A DNA stretch of 64,000 nucleotides. Origin: Eledone cirrhosa (Eukaryota). The first letter of the stretch is position 1, and each line of letters begins with the position of its first letter. The DNA lies in the NCBI GenBank assembly GCA_964016885.1, contig OZ024743.1:82956001-83020000 (forward strand). The letters are read 5' to 3'. The translations under genes were made by a program, and so were the position numbers. This document shows positions 12,335-25,009 of this stretch, piece after piece. The notes beneath the pieces were generated by a model, which saw only the letters and a program-made list of their open reading frames with translations, searched no databases and had not been told where the DNA came from.

Positions 12335-14059
12335 CTACCTTTCCGCTTCCCGGGGTTCGGGTTGCACGACTTCCATGGGGTCGGGGGTGTTGGGTGAAGG
12401 GGTGTCTTGTGGTGGTGTGGGGTCGTCGGTGTGTGGTGGGGTTGGGGTGTTTGGAGTTGTGTTGGGGAGGGGAAGGGGAGGGGGAAAGCTTTTTAGTAGG
12501 ACGCGGTTTATGGGTTTGACAGAGGGTGGTCCTACGTCCTCCTTAAAATCCTTTTTTAGTTTTTGGTAGAGGTTCATTGGGATTTTTATTAGTTTTAAAT
12601 GTGGGTGGTTTTCTGATGAAACAAAGTTTACACCTTCGGTTTGTACCGAAGGATTATTGTATATGAGTTCATTTAATTTATTATTGTTTCTGTTGATGTA
12701 AGTATAGTGTAATGTCTTTTTTTCCGATGGTGTGAGTGTTTCGAAGAGGGGAGGGGCAGGTTTGGTTTTGTTTGTTGCTGGAGGGGTGTTTTCTGTTTTG
12801 TTAGATTGTGTTGCGATTTGGGTGGGGGTTGTTTGTCCTTGTGTGTTTTGCACATGTTTTCTTTTTTTCCTTTTAATCTGTCTGAAGGACTCCGTTTCTT
12901 CCTCCGAATTCGTTGGGTTATCTTCAGTGTTGGAGGGAAGAGGTATGTTTGCTGGTAATGTTTCCGTGTTGGTTTTCTTTGTGGGGGAGATGGATGTCAC
13001 TATGTTAGACTGTGTTGTGTGTTGTGTCTGCGGTGGTTGTGTTGTTTTATTGAGTGAGAGGTTGGGTGGGCCTGTATTTTGTTTTGGGGTAATGTGTTGT
13101 GACTGTTTGTGTTGTGGTGGTGTTGTGGTGTTACTGAGGGACGGGTTGGGTGGGACTGAGTTTTGTTGTTTGTTTATCTGTTGTGGTGGTGGTGGTGGAG
13201 CTGGTGTTGGTAGCAGGGTTTTCTTTTTGTTGAGTTGGGGACAAGCGGCCTTCAGGTGCCCTCTGCCTGCACAGATATGGCAGGACGGCCTTCTCCCCTC
13301 CACGCTAATGTTTATATACCCGTGGTCCTCTAATAGGATTCTGTCGGGTATTTGGGCGATGCGTTCAGGCTTCATTTGTACTACCAGCTCTATACCTGTT
13401 CCACTGAACGCATTGCCTGTGGTTTTCCCAATGGAAATCACGTTGTCATTCACTGGATCGATGAAGCCAGCTATGAGCCAGCAGTAGTCCACATCTGGCA
13501 TCATTGCATCCAGCCATATGCGTTGAGTTTTTTTCCCCATATAAGATGGATAAAAGGTGAAATTTTTCGAACGAATCGGTGACAAAGCACATTTTTTTGC
13601 CGCCGATTCGTTCTTCATGATAATTGCTAGGCTTCCATACAGTCTGTCTTTTCTTATGAAAGTTGTTTCATTCAGTACTTCTGCGAGTACTGTTTTGATA
13701 TCTGCTTGAGAAGGCTGTTCAGGTTTTTTTGTACTGTTGTTGATGGTCCGAAACTTGACCGTTCGGCTTTCAATGTCTTTCGTGAATTCTTGAGGCATTT
13801 TTACCAATAAAATACCATTCTCACCTTCACTTATGTATTGTTTTGCGTCCGTGATCCTTCGTACCACATCTGAAATGTTTTCCGCTATATAAGTCAAAGA
13901 TTTCTTTGTTTTCTGTGCAAATGAAATCTTGTCGTCTGCTTTGTTTTCTGATGTTATGTTATTTTCAACTGTTATTTTTTTGTTTGTTGTGTCTTTGTTT
14001 GTGTTATTAGTATTGTCATGCAATTTTTCAAATTTTTTTTTCTTCGTTGTTTTCGACAT
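12335..14059 (-). CDS. L1/Tx1 ORF1p (574 aa) with a CCHC zinc knuckle and a P/T/Q/N-rich C-terminal half
   Basis: Long ORF directly upstream of ORF2, containing CHICAGRGHLKAAC (C-x2-C-x4-H-x4-C). Confidence 0.88.
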   Translation of the reverse strand: MSKTTKKKKFEKLHDNTNNTNKDTTNKKITVENNITSENKADDKISFAQKTKKSLTYIAENISDVVRRITDAKQYISEGENGILLVKMPQEFTKDIESRTVKFRTINNSTKKPEQPSQADIKTVLAEVLNETTFIRKDRLYGSLAIIMKNESAAKKCALSPIRSKNFTFYPSYMGKKTQRIWLDAMMPDVDYCWLIAGFIDPVNDNVISIGKTTGNAFSGTGIELVVQMKPERIAQIPDRILLEDHGYINISVEGRRPSCHICAGRGHLKAACPQLNKKKTLLPTPAPPPPPQQINKQQNSVPPNPSLSNTTTPPQHKQSQHITPKQNTGPPNLSLNKTTQPPQTQHTTQSNIVTSISPTKKTNTETLPANIPLPSNTEDNPTNSEEETESFRQIKRKKRKHVQNTQGQTTPTQIATQSNKTENTPPATNKTKPAPPLFETLTPSEKKTLHYTYINRNNNKLNELIYNNPSVQTEGVNFVSSENHPHLKLIKIPMNLYQKLKKDFKEDVGPPSVKPINRVLLKSFPPPLPLPNTTPNTPTPPHTDDPTPPQDTPSPNTPDPMEVVQPEPREAER

Positions 14060-14469
14060 TTAATTTTTTCTCCGCAGATTCGTCCGTTTTTATTTTCATT
14101 TTTCCTTCCTTCTCTATGACGTTAGTTGGGAAGGAAGGGAGGACTAAAGCGTGCGAGCTTACAACTCTTACCGCTGTCCCCCCACCACTATTTTCGTTCG
14201 CTGCGTTTAACATTTCTGTTAGACGATTGAAATTTTTTACACAAAATTTTTTTTAAAACAGGTTTTTCACCTCTAGGAGGGGTAAAGATGAGCTGACCCA
14301 CCGCCTGACAGTTCAGACGGAGGGTCAAGCTACACAATTGTATCAAAATTAAGTTTGAACTCACAAAATTTCCTCAATAAATTTGAACAAAACTTCTGTG
14401 CGAAGTGAATGACATCCACACTGTAGAACAGACGACAGCTAGGATAGATAGATAGATAGATAGATAGAT

Positions 14470-14555
<86 letters not shown>

Positions 14556-14837
14556 GATGGCATTGGAAATAGCACGGAAAATATATTTTATGGTCTGATT
14601 TTCTTTATTTTCCTTTCTTTGATTCGTCAAAGTGACATTATTGAAAAAATGAGAGGGGTCAATTCTTTTTTAAAAGAGTTTTATAAAGTATATAAAGTAT
14701 TACCGGTTTCGATATATTAGTAAAATTCATCTTATCAAATGTTGAGTATTAAAATTAAAAAGAATTAATAAGAATTAAAAACTAAAAATTAAACATTTAA
14801 AATTAGGAGGTAAGTTTTTTTCATCTTCCTTGTTGAG

Positions 14838-15115
14838 ACGATGGTGGTGGTGACGTTGGTGGTGGTGACGATGGTGGTGGTGACGATGGTGGTGACGATG
14901 GTGATGATGGTGATGATGGTAGTGGTGACGATGGTGGTGGTGGTGGTGGTGACGATGGTGGTGGTGGTGGTGATGATGGTGGTGGTGACGATGGATGTGG
15001 TGGCGGTGGTGACGATGGTGGTGGAGACGATGGTGGTGGTAACGATGGTGGTGGTGACGATGGTGGTGGTGACGATGGTGATGGTGACGATGGTGACGGT
15101 GGTGGTGATGGTGAC
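14838..15115. repeat. Compound trinucleotide repeat (GGT/GAC/GAT)n
   Basis: Seen directly; explains the poly-His/Pro/Val ORFs. Confidence 0.95.
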
Positions 15116-15331
15116 ACTGCATCACATCATAATGCATGGTGCGAAGAGACAAAAGGGGGAAAGGGGTTGTTCTGACAACAATATGTTCCTACCACCCCCG
15201 TCCCCACCGCTGCGTGATCCTTATTCTAGCTAAGTCATCGTTGGATTAACAAGTTTATCAACGTTTCTGAGAAAATTGCGCCTGAAGACTCATGTGTGTA
15301 TGTGTGTGTATGTGTGTGTGTGCGTGTGTAG

Positions 15332-15371
<40 letters not shown>

Positions 15372-15381
15372 TTATATATAC

Positions 15382-15410
<29 letters not shown>

Positions 15411-15412
<2 letters not shown>

Positions 15413-15597
15413 ACGAAGGAGGTGTGGTAAGGAACCAGATGGACCATAACGCACCAGAGTACTCAATACTGAGGGTAGTAGGAAAATGTTTGACCCCGAC
15501 GGCAGAGCTCAAGCCATTTCGACGGCTATTTCTGGACTAAGAAATAACCGTCGAAACGGCTTGAGCTCTGCCGTCGGGGTCAAACATTTTCCTATAT
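15411..15597. repeat. Fold-back remnant of the 3' end of the 4767-4952 HHR family, between microsatellites
   Basis: Reverse complement of ~4815-4952, followed by an inverted arm. The same architecture occurs at 25961-26170 and 41758-41966. Confidence 0.85.
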
Positions 15598-15598
15598 T

Positions 15599-15674
<76 letters not shown>

Positions 15675-15713
15675 AAATATAAAACAATCAAATGTTTGCT
15701 TAATTCATTTAAT

Positions 15714-15760
15714 TGCTGACGATCGTTTCTTCCAGACAATTGTTTGGAATCATCGGAGCA
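15714..15760 (-). ncRNA. Hammerhead motif, CCGATGA core
   Basis: Minus strand reads TGCT-CCGATGA-TTCCAAAAC-like stem II (TTCCAAAC AATT GTCTGGAA)-GAAA-CGATCG-TC-AGCA. Confidence 0.65.
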
Positions 15761-15916
15761 TACGCAATGTATAAACAAGTAATTACATTCCTAGTCCTTA
15801 ATAATAGTGTATCTTAACGAATATTCTAACAGTGTCAGTGACATCATATTGAAAAGCAAGAGTAACAAAATGATATTATAGAGTAACAAAATGTTTACTT
15901 GTTTATACATTGTGCA

Positions 15917-15963
15917 TGCTCCGATGAATCCAGACAGTTGTCTGTAAGAAACGATCGTCAGCA
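15917..15963 (+). ncRNA. Hammerhead motif, CCGATGA core (inverted partner of 15714)
   Basis: TGCT-CCGATGA-ATCCAGAC AGTT GTCTGTAA-GAAA-CGATCG-TC-AGCA, then ATTAAA. Lies within the inverted repeat 15676-16005. Confidence 0.6.
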
Positions 15964-16308
15964 ATTAAAGGCATTAATAAAAAATTTGATTGTTTTATAT
16001 TTTGTATTTCTGCTCTGTCATACATCTGATAACACCGTGTAACAAAAATAATTTTTTCTCTGATCCTGGCTTGTAATCACTTTTTTGTGTTGCTTAGGTC
16101 CCAAATAAATAAAAAAGTGCTATTAAACAGTTAAAAGTTTGGGTTTGTAAAAATTCTAAGCTATTCACTAGAATTATTTGTATGCTGGATTTTACGTTGT
16201 ATGTAAGTTTAATTTGCTTATGTTAAATGATTTTTTTTATATATGTTTCAGGTTAAATTAAAATTATAAAATAAAGAGTAATACCTAAAGAAAATTATAA
16301 AAGTGCAA

Positions 16309-17522
16309 TCTATATATATAAAACTGAGGTTGTCTGTCTGTCTATCGATTTTTGGCACACATCTCCTCTTAGAATCTCTCACGGAATTGCACCGAAATTG
16401 CTATACTTGTACATTGAGCCCTAGCGAAGACATCGGAAAAAAATATTTCAAATTGACCCGCCCTATCTGACGAAATCGAATATAATGTATCGATTTTTGA
16501 GCGTAAGTGATCAGTTATTTCCCTTTGTTCTGTTTACATTCAGCGTAGCGTCTTACGTTCTCTTTACATTTTCTGCGTGCAAAAATAAAAAAAATGATTT
16601 CCCTTTGTTCTGTTTACATTCAGCGTAGCGTCTTACGTTCTGTTTACATTTTCTGAGTGCAAAAATTAAAAAAATTACGCTGGCAAAAATTAAAAAAATT
16701 ACGCTGGCTTTCTCAGCGTTTAAAATGACATTAACACAATACACGAACAGTTGTCGAGCCAGCAAAATTTTGACCTGCAAAATTCATCAGTTCGAACACT
16801 AAGCTTCCGTTTTGCTTCATTTCCATTTAAAAGCCTTTTAAAACAATATTTTTATTTGAAAACAAGTCTATTTAAAGACTACGTAAAACAAGCAAATATT
16901 TCGTAAAAAAAAGCAAAAATTATATAAGTTTATTTAAAATATATGTATCTGTAAATTTCGTTAGGCGTGCAGACAGACAGTCGTGCAGACAGACAGTCGT
17001 GCAGAGAGGTGATATAGGCGTGCAGACAGACAGTCGTGCAGAGAGGTGATATAGGCGTGCAGACAGACAGTCGTGCAGAGAGGTGATATAGGCGTGCAGA
17101 CAGACAGTCGTGCAGAGAGTTGATATAGGCGTGCAGACAGACAGTTGTGCAGAGAGGTGATATAGGCGTGCAGACAGACAGTCGTGCAGAGAGGTGATAT
17201 AGGCGTGCAGACAGACATAACTGATAATTTGGTTACGCTAATGTTTTTCTCTGCGTTGCCGTGTTTACATTTTCGATCTTTGTTAATAAATAACCAGTGC
17301 AGTTTTTATCCCCAGCATCCTCTTTTGTTATAACATTCGGGTTATCGTTATGTTTTCTTAACTTCATAAGGCATATTGTTGGTTGAGGGAATATTAATCA
17401 AAAACACCACATGCAAGTCTGCACAGTAGACACTACAGTTTTTAAGCCAAAAAAGAAACTTAACATTGTAACTTTAACACAGCTACTGAGCGACCCCGAG
17501 CAACGCCGGGCTTTACTGCTAG
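16309..17522 (+). mobile_element. Non-autonomous Helitron nested in the DNA transposon
   Basis: 5' TC, 3' CTAG, subterminal hairpin CCCGAGCAACGCCGGG. Inserted between A and T with no TSD, and absent from the sister transposon copy at ~56872. Confidence 0.85.
16963..17217. repeat. 37-bp minisatellite (~6-7 units) inside the Helitron
   Basis: Unit TAGGCGTGCAGACAGACAGTCGTGCAGAGAGGTGATA. Confidence 0.92.
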
Positions 17523-19244
17523 TAAAGTATAAAATTGTTAAAAAGTGCATTAAAGAGATTTATTGATACTGGATTTTCGCACCCTGAATAAAGGGTAAGT
17601 TGTGTTTTAAGCATTCGTCTCCAGGATGAAGCAGTGGAACTTGGTCCAGGAGGAACTGCAGGTGACAAGTCAGAGAAGTCGACACGAACCTTTCTCAGGC
17701 TTTTACACTCTTAGGGATAGCCTCTGCTTCTGCCATGACGTGCCTGGACTGTTTGACGTTATTGGGTGCCGTTTGTGCCCAAGGAGTGGCGGCTATTTAT
17801 AGACAGCTCCACCACAAGTTTGAAGGCTGTCCTCCTCCACAATGAAAACAAGTTCCCGACACTGCCCCTAGGTCATTCAGTCTGCCTGAAGGAAGATTAC
17901 TACTGTGTGAAAATCCTCTTGGAAGCTCTGCAATACAACCAGTACAATTTGGAAATCATTGGAGACTTCAAGATAGTGGCTTTCCTGCTTGGACTCCAAG
18001 GAGGCTTTATCAAATTCCAATGCTTCCTCTGCCTTTGGGACAGCAAAGCCACCTCTGACCACTACAAAATAAAAAAAACTGGGAGCAGCGAACAGAATGT
18101 GTAGTTGGGACCCGGAACATCATGTGGGAGCCACTGGTTGATCCCAGGATTGTGCTCATGCCGCCACTGCACATTAAGTTGGGGTTGATGAAGCAGTTTG
18201 TGAAGGCTCTCAACCAAGAATCAGCCGCTTTTAAGTACCTTCTTGAGTTCTTCCACAAGTTAATTAATGCCAAAATAAAAGGTAGAATTTTTGTTGGACC
18301 TCAGATAAAGAAGGTGTTTGAGTCTACCGAGTTCTCCGATAAGCTCAATAGGATTGAGAGAACAGCATGGAACTGTTTCAAAGCAGTTGTTAAGGGCTTC
18401 CTGGGCAACTACAGAGCTGAAAACTACCAGCAACTGGTGCAGGATCTGATAAAGGCTTTTGGCGCCATGGGATGCAGGATGTCGCTTAAACTCGATATGC
18501 TGGACGCTCACCTGGAAAAATTCAAGGACAATATGGGCGCCTACTCAGAAGAACAAGGCGAAAGATTCCACTAAGATGTGAAAGAGATAGAGTGGAGGTA
18601 CCAGGGCTACTACAATGAAAAAATGATGGGGGACTATATCTGGGGGCTAGTGCGGGAATGCGACCTGGACTACAACCGCAAATCCAGGAAATCCAGTCAT
18701 TTCTGACGTGTATAAAGTGTTATTTGTTTTTACTTGTTTGCTTTTGATAAGCTTGTGTAATAAAATAAATATATTCTCTGTTGATTTAATTATATGAACT
18801 GATAAATTTTTTAAATGTTTTTTCTCGAAAAATATGAAAATTTTGAAATATCAAACTCCTGACCACAAACCCAAACGTCTGATTAAATAATTATGTTATT
18901 TTATAATTAAATAATTATGTTATTTTATAATAATGGGATATAACAAACCAGGAAATGACACTTAGAATCGGAGAACGAAAATATGTTACACGGTGTAATT
19001 TACATTGAGCTATTTTTCTTACTGGTAATCGAGTAGTACAACATACTACCTTTTAATATTTATAATACTATATAGTTTATATATATAAGTCCCACCCATC
19101 CCCTCAATCTATCTTATTCTTTCTTCTGTTGAAAGACTAGCGTGGGAAACGTTAAGACCCTCTTACTGCTATATCAAGCGTTAACCTAATATATCCCTTC
19201 CATATACTGTACCGATTGTGTTGTTATTTCTGTTTACCTTTTAG

Positions 19245-19305
<61 letters not shown>

Positions 19306-19341
19306 TAAATATTCATGTATGAATGTATGAATGTATGAATG

Positions 19342-19468
<127 letters not shown>

Positions 19469-19513
19469 CAAAATAAAGATCCGAAGGCATGGTATAAATT
19501 CCAATCATTTTAA

Positions 19514-19586
19514 TCACGACACATGTTCAATAAGAGATAGATCGATCGTGTAGCCATAATCGATTATCACTGATCTCGTCAGGTGA
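19514..19586 (-). ncRNA. Degenerate hammerhead motif
   Basis: TCAC-CTGACGA-GATC..GATC..GAACATGTGTC-GTGA, then ATTAAA; the GAAA box is damaged. Confidence 0.4.
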
Positions 19587-20450
19587 AAATGAATTGTCTT
19601 CAAATCCTTGATATGAGGGAGAAAATTAACGGTGTTCACTCACAGAGTTTAGTCCCTCATATGAAGATAAGCAGTCAAAACACAGCGACTGCTATCGTCC
19701 TCAGTTAGGGTATATATATATATAGGAATATATGTGAATGCATAATAGTTCTATGTATGCATTATTTATGTGTGTATGTATATATGCCTGTATACGTGTA
19801 AATGTGTGTATTTATGTTCCATTCTTGGCGACACATTGTTTCCTTGAGCAAGTCACCTTATTTCACGTTGCTCCATTCCAAAAATGAGTTGTAACTGTAA
19901 TTCAAAGAGCCGGACTTGTCACAGTGTCACATTGAATCTCCCTGAGTATATGTGTGTTTGGAATACCCAGCCACTTAAATAATAATAGAAGATTGACTGT
20001 ACCTGTAATTTGAAAGGGCCAGCCTTATCATACACTCTGACACGCTGGATCTCCCTGAGAACTACAATAAATGTACACATGTCTGTGGAATACTCAGCCA
20101 CTTACACTATAATACAAGTTGGACTGTACCTCACACTGGATCTCCCAGGGAACTATGTTAAAGGCCCATGTGTCAATGGAATGCCCAGCCACTTGCAGGT
20201 TAATTTCACAAGCAGACTGTGTTCTGTTGATCAAACATCTTGAACACTCATCGGCAAAATCGATGGAGAGCCAATACATTTAGTCAGTAGTATTTCTAGT
20301 TGACTTGAAGCCAAGCTGAAGACAAAGAATTAATCCCTCAATTGCTGTTAGTCTTGTGAATAGGACTCAAAGAGTGTTTGAACTGGTTCACATGAGAGAT
20401 AATCCCCTTTGATTTTCTTGAAGAAGTCTTTTGTTTCCTTTCACTGGGAT

Positions 20451-20515
<65 letters not shown>

Positions 20516-20929
20516 AAGACTTTGTCAGTTCTTTTGGCTGGTCATATATAATGATTAAGACATTCATAATTGTCAAGACAAATTTGGCACGGGGGAAATT
20601 TCCTACATCATCTGACTGAATTTCTTTCAGTTTCGTCTGGCCCAGTAGATTTGCTACAAATCTACTGTCATTCTCATACATTTTCATTCATCAATTGGTT
20701 CAGTGAATATTTGAAGTTAATAGGTTCGATCACAAATCAGTAATCAAGTTACTATAATAAATTTTCAATGTAAAGCTGAATCTTTGTTACGTGGTCCCTA
20801 ATGGAATCTGTCTTGATTGAGAATTATTGTCAATAACTCCCCCAACCAAGTCGCCATTGCTCTACCACCTTTATAGCGAGACACGTTTTTACTGTCGAAT
20901 TTTTTCATTATTCCTTGTAGTCATTGTTT

Positions 20930-21215
20930 GGAGATAAAGGCAAGCGAGGCATTTCCCCCTGGAGCAGATACAAACTATGCAGTGTGGAAATGCCTAAACA
21001 GCTTAAGATCTGGTGTTGGAAGCGCTTTAGTCAATCTTGCAAAATGGGGATATTTAAAGGATGGGAACGTTTGTGTGACTGCGGCATCGAACCACATACT
21101 ACTCAGCACCTCCTGATATGCCCCCTGCTAAAATACCCCTGCACAGCATTGGACTTAGCAGAGTTTAATGATAAAGGACAGCAATGTGTTCAGCTGGGGC
21201 GGAACCACATCTAGC
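20930..21215 (+). mobile_element. 3' fragment of an Ingi/Vingi-like LINE
   Basis: WKCLNSLRSGVG..NLAKWGY, then after a frameshift CDCG..HTTQHLLICP. Confidence 0.6.
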
Positions 21216-21904
21216 CAAGCTTTGTAACTGACACTACTTTGTGACTCAAAATATAACTCGTTATTTTGAACTTTAGTATCAACAATAAACAGAATGTTCA
21301 CCCAATCTCCATCACAGCATTTATGATCACACCAATGCATCACTTTACCATCTCTAGTTGAAGTTGCAACAAACGCCATATTTCGAAAAAAAAAAAAAAC
21401 GAAGAAGACTTGAGACAATGTATGGCCCACCTGGAAGAAAAGCCAAGTCTGATTATAAATATATATATATAAGGGGTGGTGGGTATGAGTGTATGAGTGT
21501 GTGTAGAAATATCTGTAGGTGTGAAAAAGGACAAAGGAAAACATTGTTCAATCGGGAAGAGAGCTAATATATTACATTATTTATTCATGTTCAAGGTTAA
21601 CTTTGCCTTTCATCCTTACGGGGTCGATAAAATAAAGTACCAGTAATGCACTGAGTAATTGCTGGCCTTGTGCCAAAAGTAGAAACAATTATTTATTCAT
21701 GTTCATACACGGAACAAAAGCGTTACACAAGGTTTCAAGACCCAACATTAACCATATCATACATTCTGGATACTTTGAAACTTTAGGTAGCGATTTTGTT
21801 CCGTGTTTGAACATAAATAAATAAATAATAATAAATATATAGAGAGAGAGACGAGGTGTTGGATGGTGGAGGAAAGTTATTGCTGGTAGTGGGGGGTGGA
21901 GTCG

Positions 21905-23329
21905 GAGGCAGGGGCGGTAGAAGAGGGGTTTGCGGAGCTGCTTGAGGGCTTCAGTCGTGTAGAGGTCAGCATGCCATACTACCACAGCGCCTCCCTTATC
22001 CGCCGGTTTGATGACGATGTCATCGCGGTTACGGAGGGAGCGGAGAGCGAGGGGTTCAGCTCGAGAGATGTTGCTCCGTTTGGAGCGGTGGCGGAAGTCG
22101 AAGCGGTTTACGGCACACATCAACGAAGGCGTCCAGTGTGCTGAACTGTCTAGGTGCCAGCGTCCAATATGCTGGTCGTTCTCCCAGGGCGAACAAGCGG
22201 TCTGGGGCGTCCGGAGCCGGTGGAGTGTTATGAAAGTGCGCCTGTAGCTTGGTGCGTCGCATGAACCGCTCGACGTCAGCTCGAGTGCGGAACTCGTCGC
22301 TGTACGGAGTGTGGGGTATGAAGTACTGGCCTCTACTGAGGAGTGAGAGTTCAGGTTCGAAGAGGGGGAGGTTGGGGGTATGGTGACAACAAGCGGGGTG
22401 GGGAAGAGTAGGGTGGGGGAGGGGGAGGCGTGGTGGTGGTTGAGGGGGGGGGAGTGAGTGAAGCTTGTGGGCCTTGGTGGAGGTGAGGAAGGAGAAGAGG
22501 TCGTGGTTGAGGTTATGAATGAAGAGGATAAAGGACTGGGCGAGGAGGGGGTGACAGTGGAGCGGATGTGGAGGAGGGTGGGGGCAGTTGCGGTCGAGGT
22601 TGCGGATGGTGGAGAGGGAGGAGCGGAGAGAGGCGCGCATGAGGAGATGCGAGGAGCGGGTGAGAATGTGTTGGGTGGAGGGTGAAGTGAGGGGGGAGGT
22701 GTAGAAATGGAGTCTGAAGCCGTGGGGGATGAGGTGTGGGTGGAGGTAGCGACTGAGGAAATGGATGTGGCTGGAATACCGGGTCTTAGCGAAGAGGAGG
22801 TAGAAGAGTTGGAGAGCCGATTGGAGATAGCAGGGCGGGAGGAGGGGTGAGGAAGTGTTGAGGCGGGCGTGGAGTTGGGGGAGAAAGGGTTTCAGGCTAG
22901 GCATGGTGGATGCGGGATGTCTAAGAGGAGGGGTAGTCAAAAAACAAAGGGGACGGTGGAAGAATGGAAAGGAAGGGGGTGGAAGGGATGAGAAGGGGGT
23001 AATACGAGGTGGAAATGAAACAAAGAGAGGTGAATGCAAAGAAGATAAAGAGAAACAGGTAAGGAAATATGAACGAAAAAATTAGAAACAAAAAAATCGG
23101 AAGCAAAAGGAGTCTGGAACAGAAAAATTTTTTGGAAAAAGTGAAAAGGTTGGTCACGGCGAATTGCATCGGGGTTGAGCCAGTGGTAGAAATCCTACGG
23201 AAGAAGACTGGTGGATCGGTGGAGATGTTAATCCAAGGTGGGTAATCCAGATGGTGAAGTAGATAAGCCGTGTAAGTGTGGTGAAAAATATTTTGGAAAG
23301 TAAAAAACAACACAGGAGTACAAGTTACG

Positions 23330-23330
<1 letters not shown>
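21905..23330 (-). mobile_element. Penelope-like element, N-terminal fragment
   Basis: LSLLSRGQYFIP, F.RR..L.AHFH, SNISRAE..ALRSLRNRDDIVIKPADKGGAVVVW. Frameshifted; abuts (TA)n. Confidence 0.75.
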
Positions 23331-23380
<50 letters not shown>

Positions 23381-23518
23381 GGTTTGAGGTTCACCACTGT
23401 ATAGAGCTGGTCTATTCCGTATGGTCAATCGTAATGCAATAATATAGAGAGTACTCAACGTAAAGCAGTTCAACCGTCTTTGTTTTTGTAGTTGGTGGTG
23501 CTATTACGGAGTTAAATA

Positions 23519-23637
23519 TTATAATGAAATGACAGGAGGCTGGATTTGTGTAAATCCTTGAAAGGTTTATTATACTATGATCATCGTATAATAAACCTTT
23601 CAAGGATTTACACAAATCCAGCCTCCTGTCATTTCAT

Positions 23638-23641
<4 letters not shown>
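23519..23641. repeat. Near-perfect palindrome (~120 bp) next to (TA)n
   Basis: ATAATGAAATGACAGGAGGCTGGATTTGTGTAAATCCTTGAAAGGTTTATTATAC followed by its reverse complement. Confidence 0.92.
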
Positions 23642-23697
<56 letters not shown>

Positions 23698-23741
23698 GTA
23701 TATATATATGTATATATATATATATACATATATATATATAC

Positions 23742-25009
23742 TATAGAGTAAAGCATGTCCAGAGAATTATTTGATAATATATATACATCATCTCCACTCC
23801 CAATCAGCATAATTAATCACACAAAAAATCAATTAGACCAGGCTATAAGAATAAAAGGCACCTATGAAGAAACAGTAAATAAATACGCCACACCAGCCTC
23901 TTCGCGTCCACCCGCTATAGAATATTTACCCAACATTTCAACAGCACGTGGCTGCTGTGGCGTATTTATTTACTGTTTCTTCATAGGTGCCTTTTATTCT
24001 TATAGCTTGGTCTAATCGATTTTTTGTGTGGTTAATTATGCTGATTGGGAGTAGAGATGATGTATATATATTATCAAATAATTCTCTGGACATGCTTTAG
24101 TATTTAGCTCTGATTATTTAATTTATTAATTCTTCATTGAGCCACATCGTGAATAGTTGCCAAAACACATATACCTGTGACTTTTTTTAATTGGTGTCTG
24201 TGTAAATATTTATATATAATAATCTCCCATAAGGTTGAGATACAATTTGGGCGATATTGGGCTGCGCTTTCTAGCAACCCACCCACTCGCCGTAAGCAAC
24301 CAATCACACCCTTCCTGACTTGACCACTGCCACGTCACAGTTCTCAACCATTTTGAATTCGTGTTTGGCGGGGGCCACTTCGGAAAATAATCTGTCCTAG
24401 CGAGTTTGTCCCCTGATGAGCTCTAAACTCAAGATATCCTTAATAAGATATCTCAAAATGTGAGCGAAACCCATGGGTCGGGATTTAGTGATTTAATCCT
24501 GGTATGTATATAAGCATTTCTAACTTTAATTTTTACCTAATTATGTATGGTTGACCGTATATTTAATTAATTTCCACGTGCTGTTGAAATGTTGGGTAAA
24601 TATTCTATAGCGGTTGGACGCGAAGAGGCTGCTGTGGCGTATTTATTTACTGTTTCTTCATAGGTGCCTTTTATTCTTATAGCCTGGTCTAATTGATTTT
24701 TTGTGTGGTTAATTATGCTGATTGGGAGTAGAGATGATGTATATATATTATCAAATAATTCTCTGGACATGCTTTACTCTATAGTAATTAGCTCTGATTA
24801 TTTAATTTATCTGAGTTCAAATCCCGCCGAGGTTGACTTTGCCTTTCATCCTTACAGGGTCGATAAAATAAAGTACCAGTAATGCACTGGGTATTTGCTG
24901 GCCTTGTGCCTAAAGTAGAAACAATTATTTAATTTATTAATTCTTCATTGAGCCACATCGTGAATAGTTGCCAAAACACATATATACCTGTGACTTTGTT
25001 TAATTGGTG

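Larger units (their letters stand above)
8650..14442 (-). mobile_element. Full-length Tx1-like L1 non-LTR retrotransposon (~5.8 kb)
   Basis: ~380-nt 5' UTR, ORF1, 33-nt spacer, ORF2, ~210-nt 3' UTR ending AATAAAGAAA. (GATA)n on both flanks. Confidence 0.9.
16033..18995 (+). mobile_element. Chapaev3-like (CMC superfamily) DNA transposon, defective
   Basis: TIRs CACCGTGTAACA/TGTTACACGGTG; 3-bp TSD TAA. Transposase remnant WRLFIDSS..SLKAVLLHN, PPLHIKLGLMKQFVKAL, SEEQGERFH with stops and a frameshift (~17610-18705). Confidence 0.85.

Noticed and set aside
12732-13487. Antisense ORFs over L1 ORF1/ORF2 and PLE ORFs
   Set aside because: Shadow frames of compositionally biased coding sequence.
14775-15233. 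Poly-His, poly-Pro and poly-Val ORFs
   Set aside because: Trinucleotide repeat open in several frames on both strands, with no gene context.
16963-17217. CRISPR-like array (37-bp period)
   Set aside because: Head-to-tail repeats without unique spacers, eukaryotic context, no cas genes.
19120-19160. Possible HHR remnants (CTGTTGA..GAAACGTTA; also ~43928 and ~59194)
   Set aside because: Core and stems are too degenerate to support a call.
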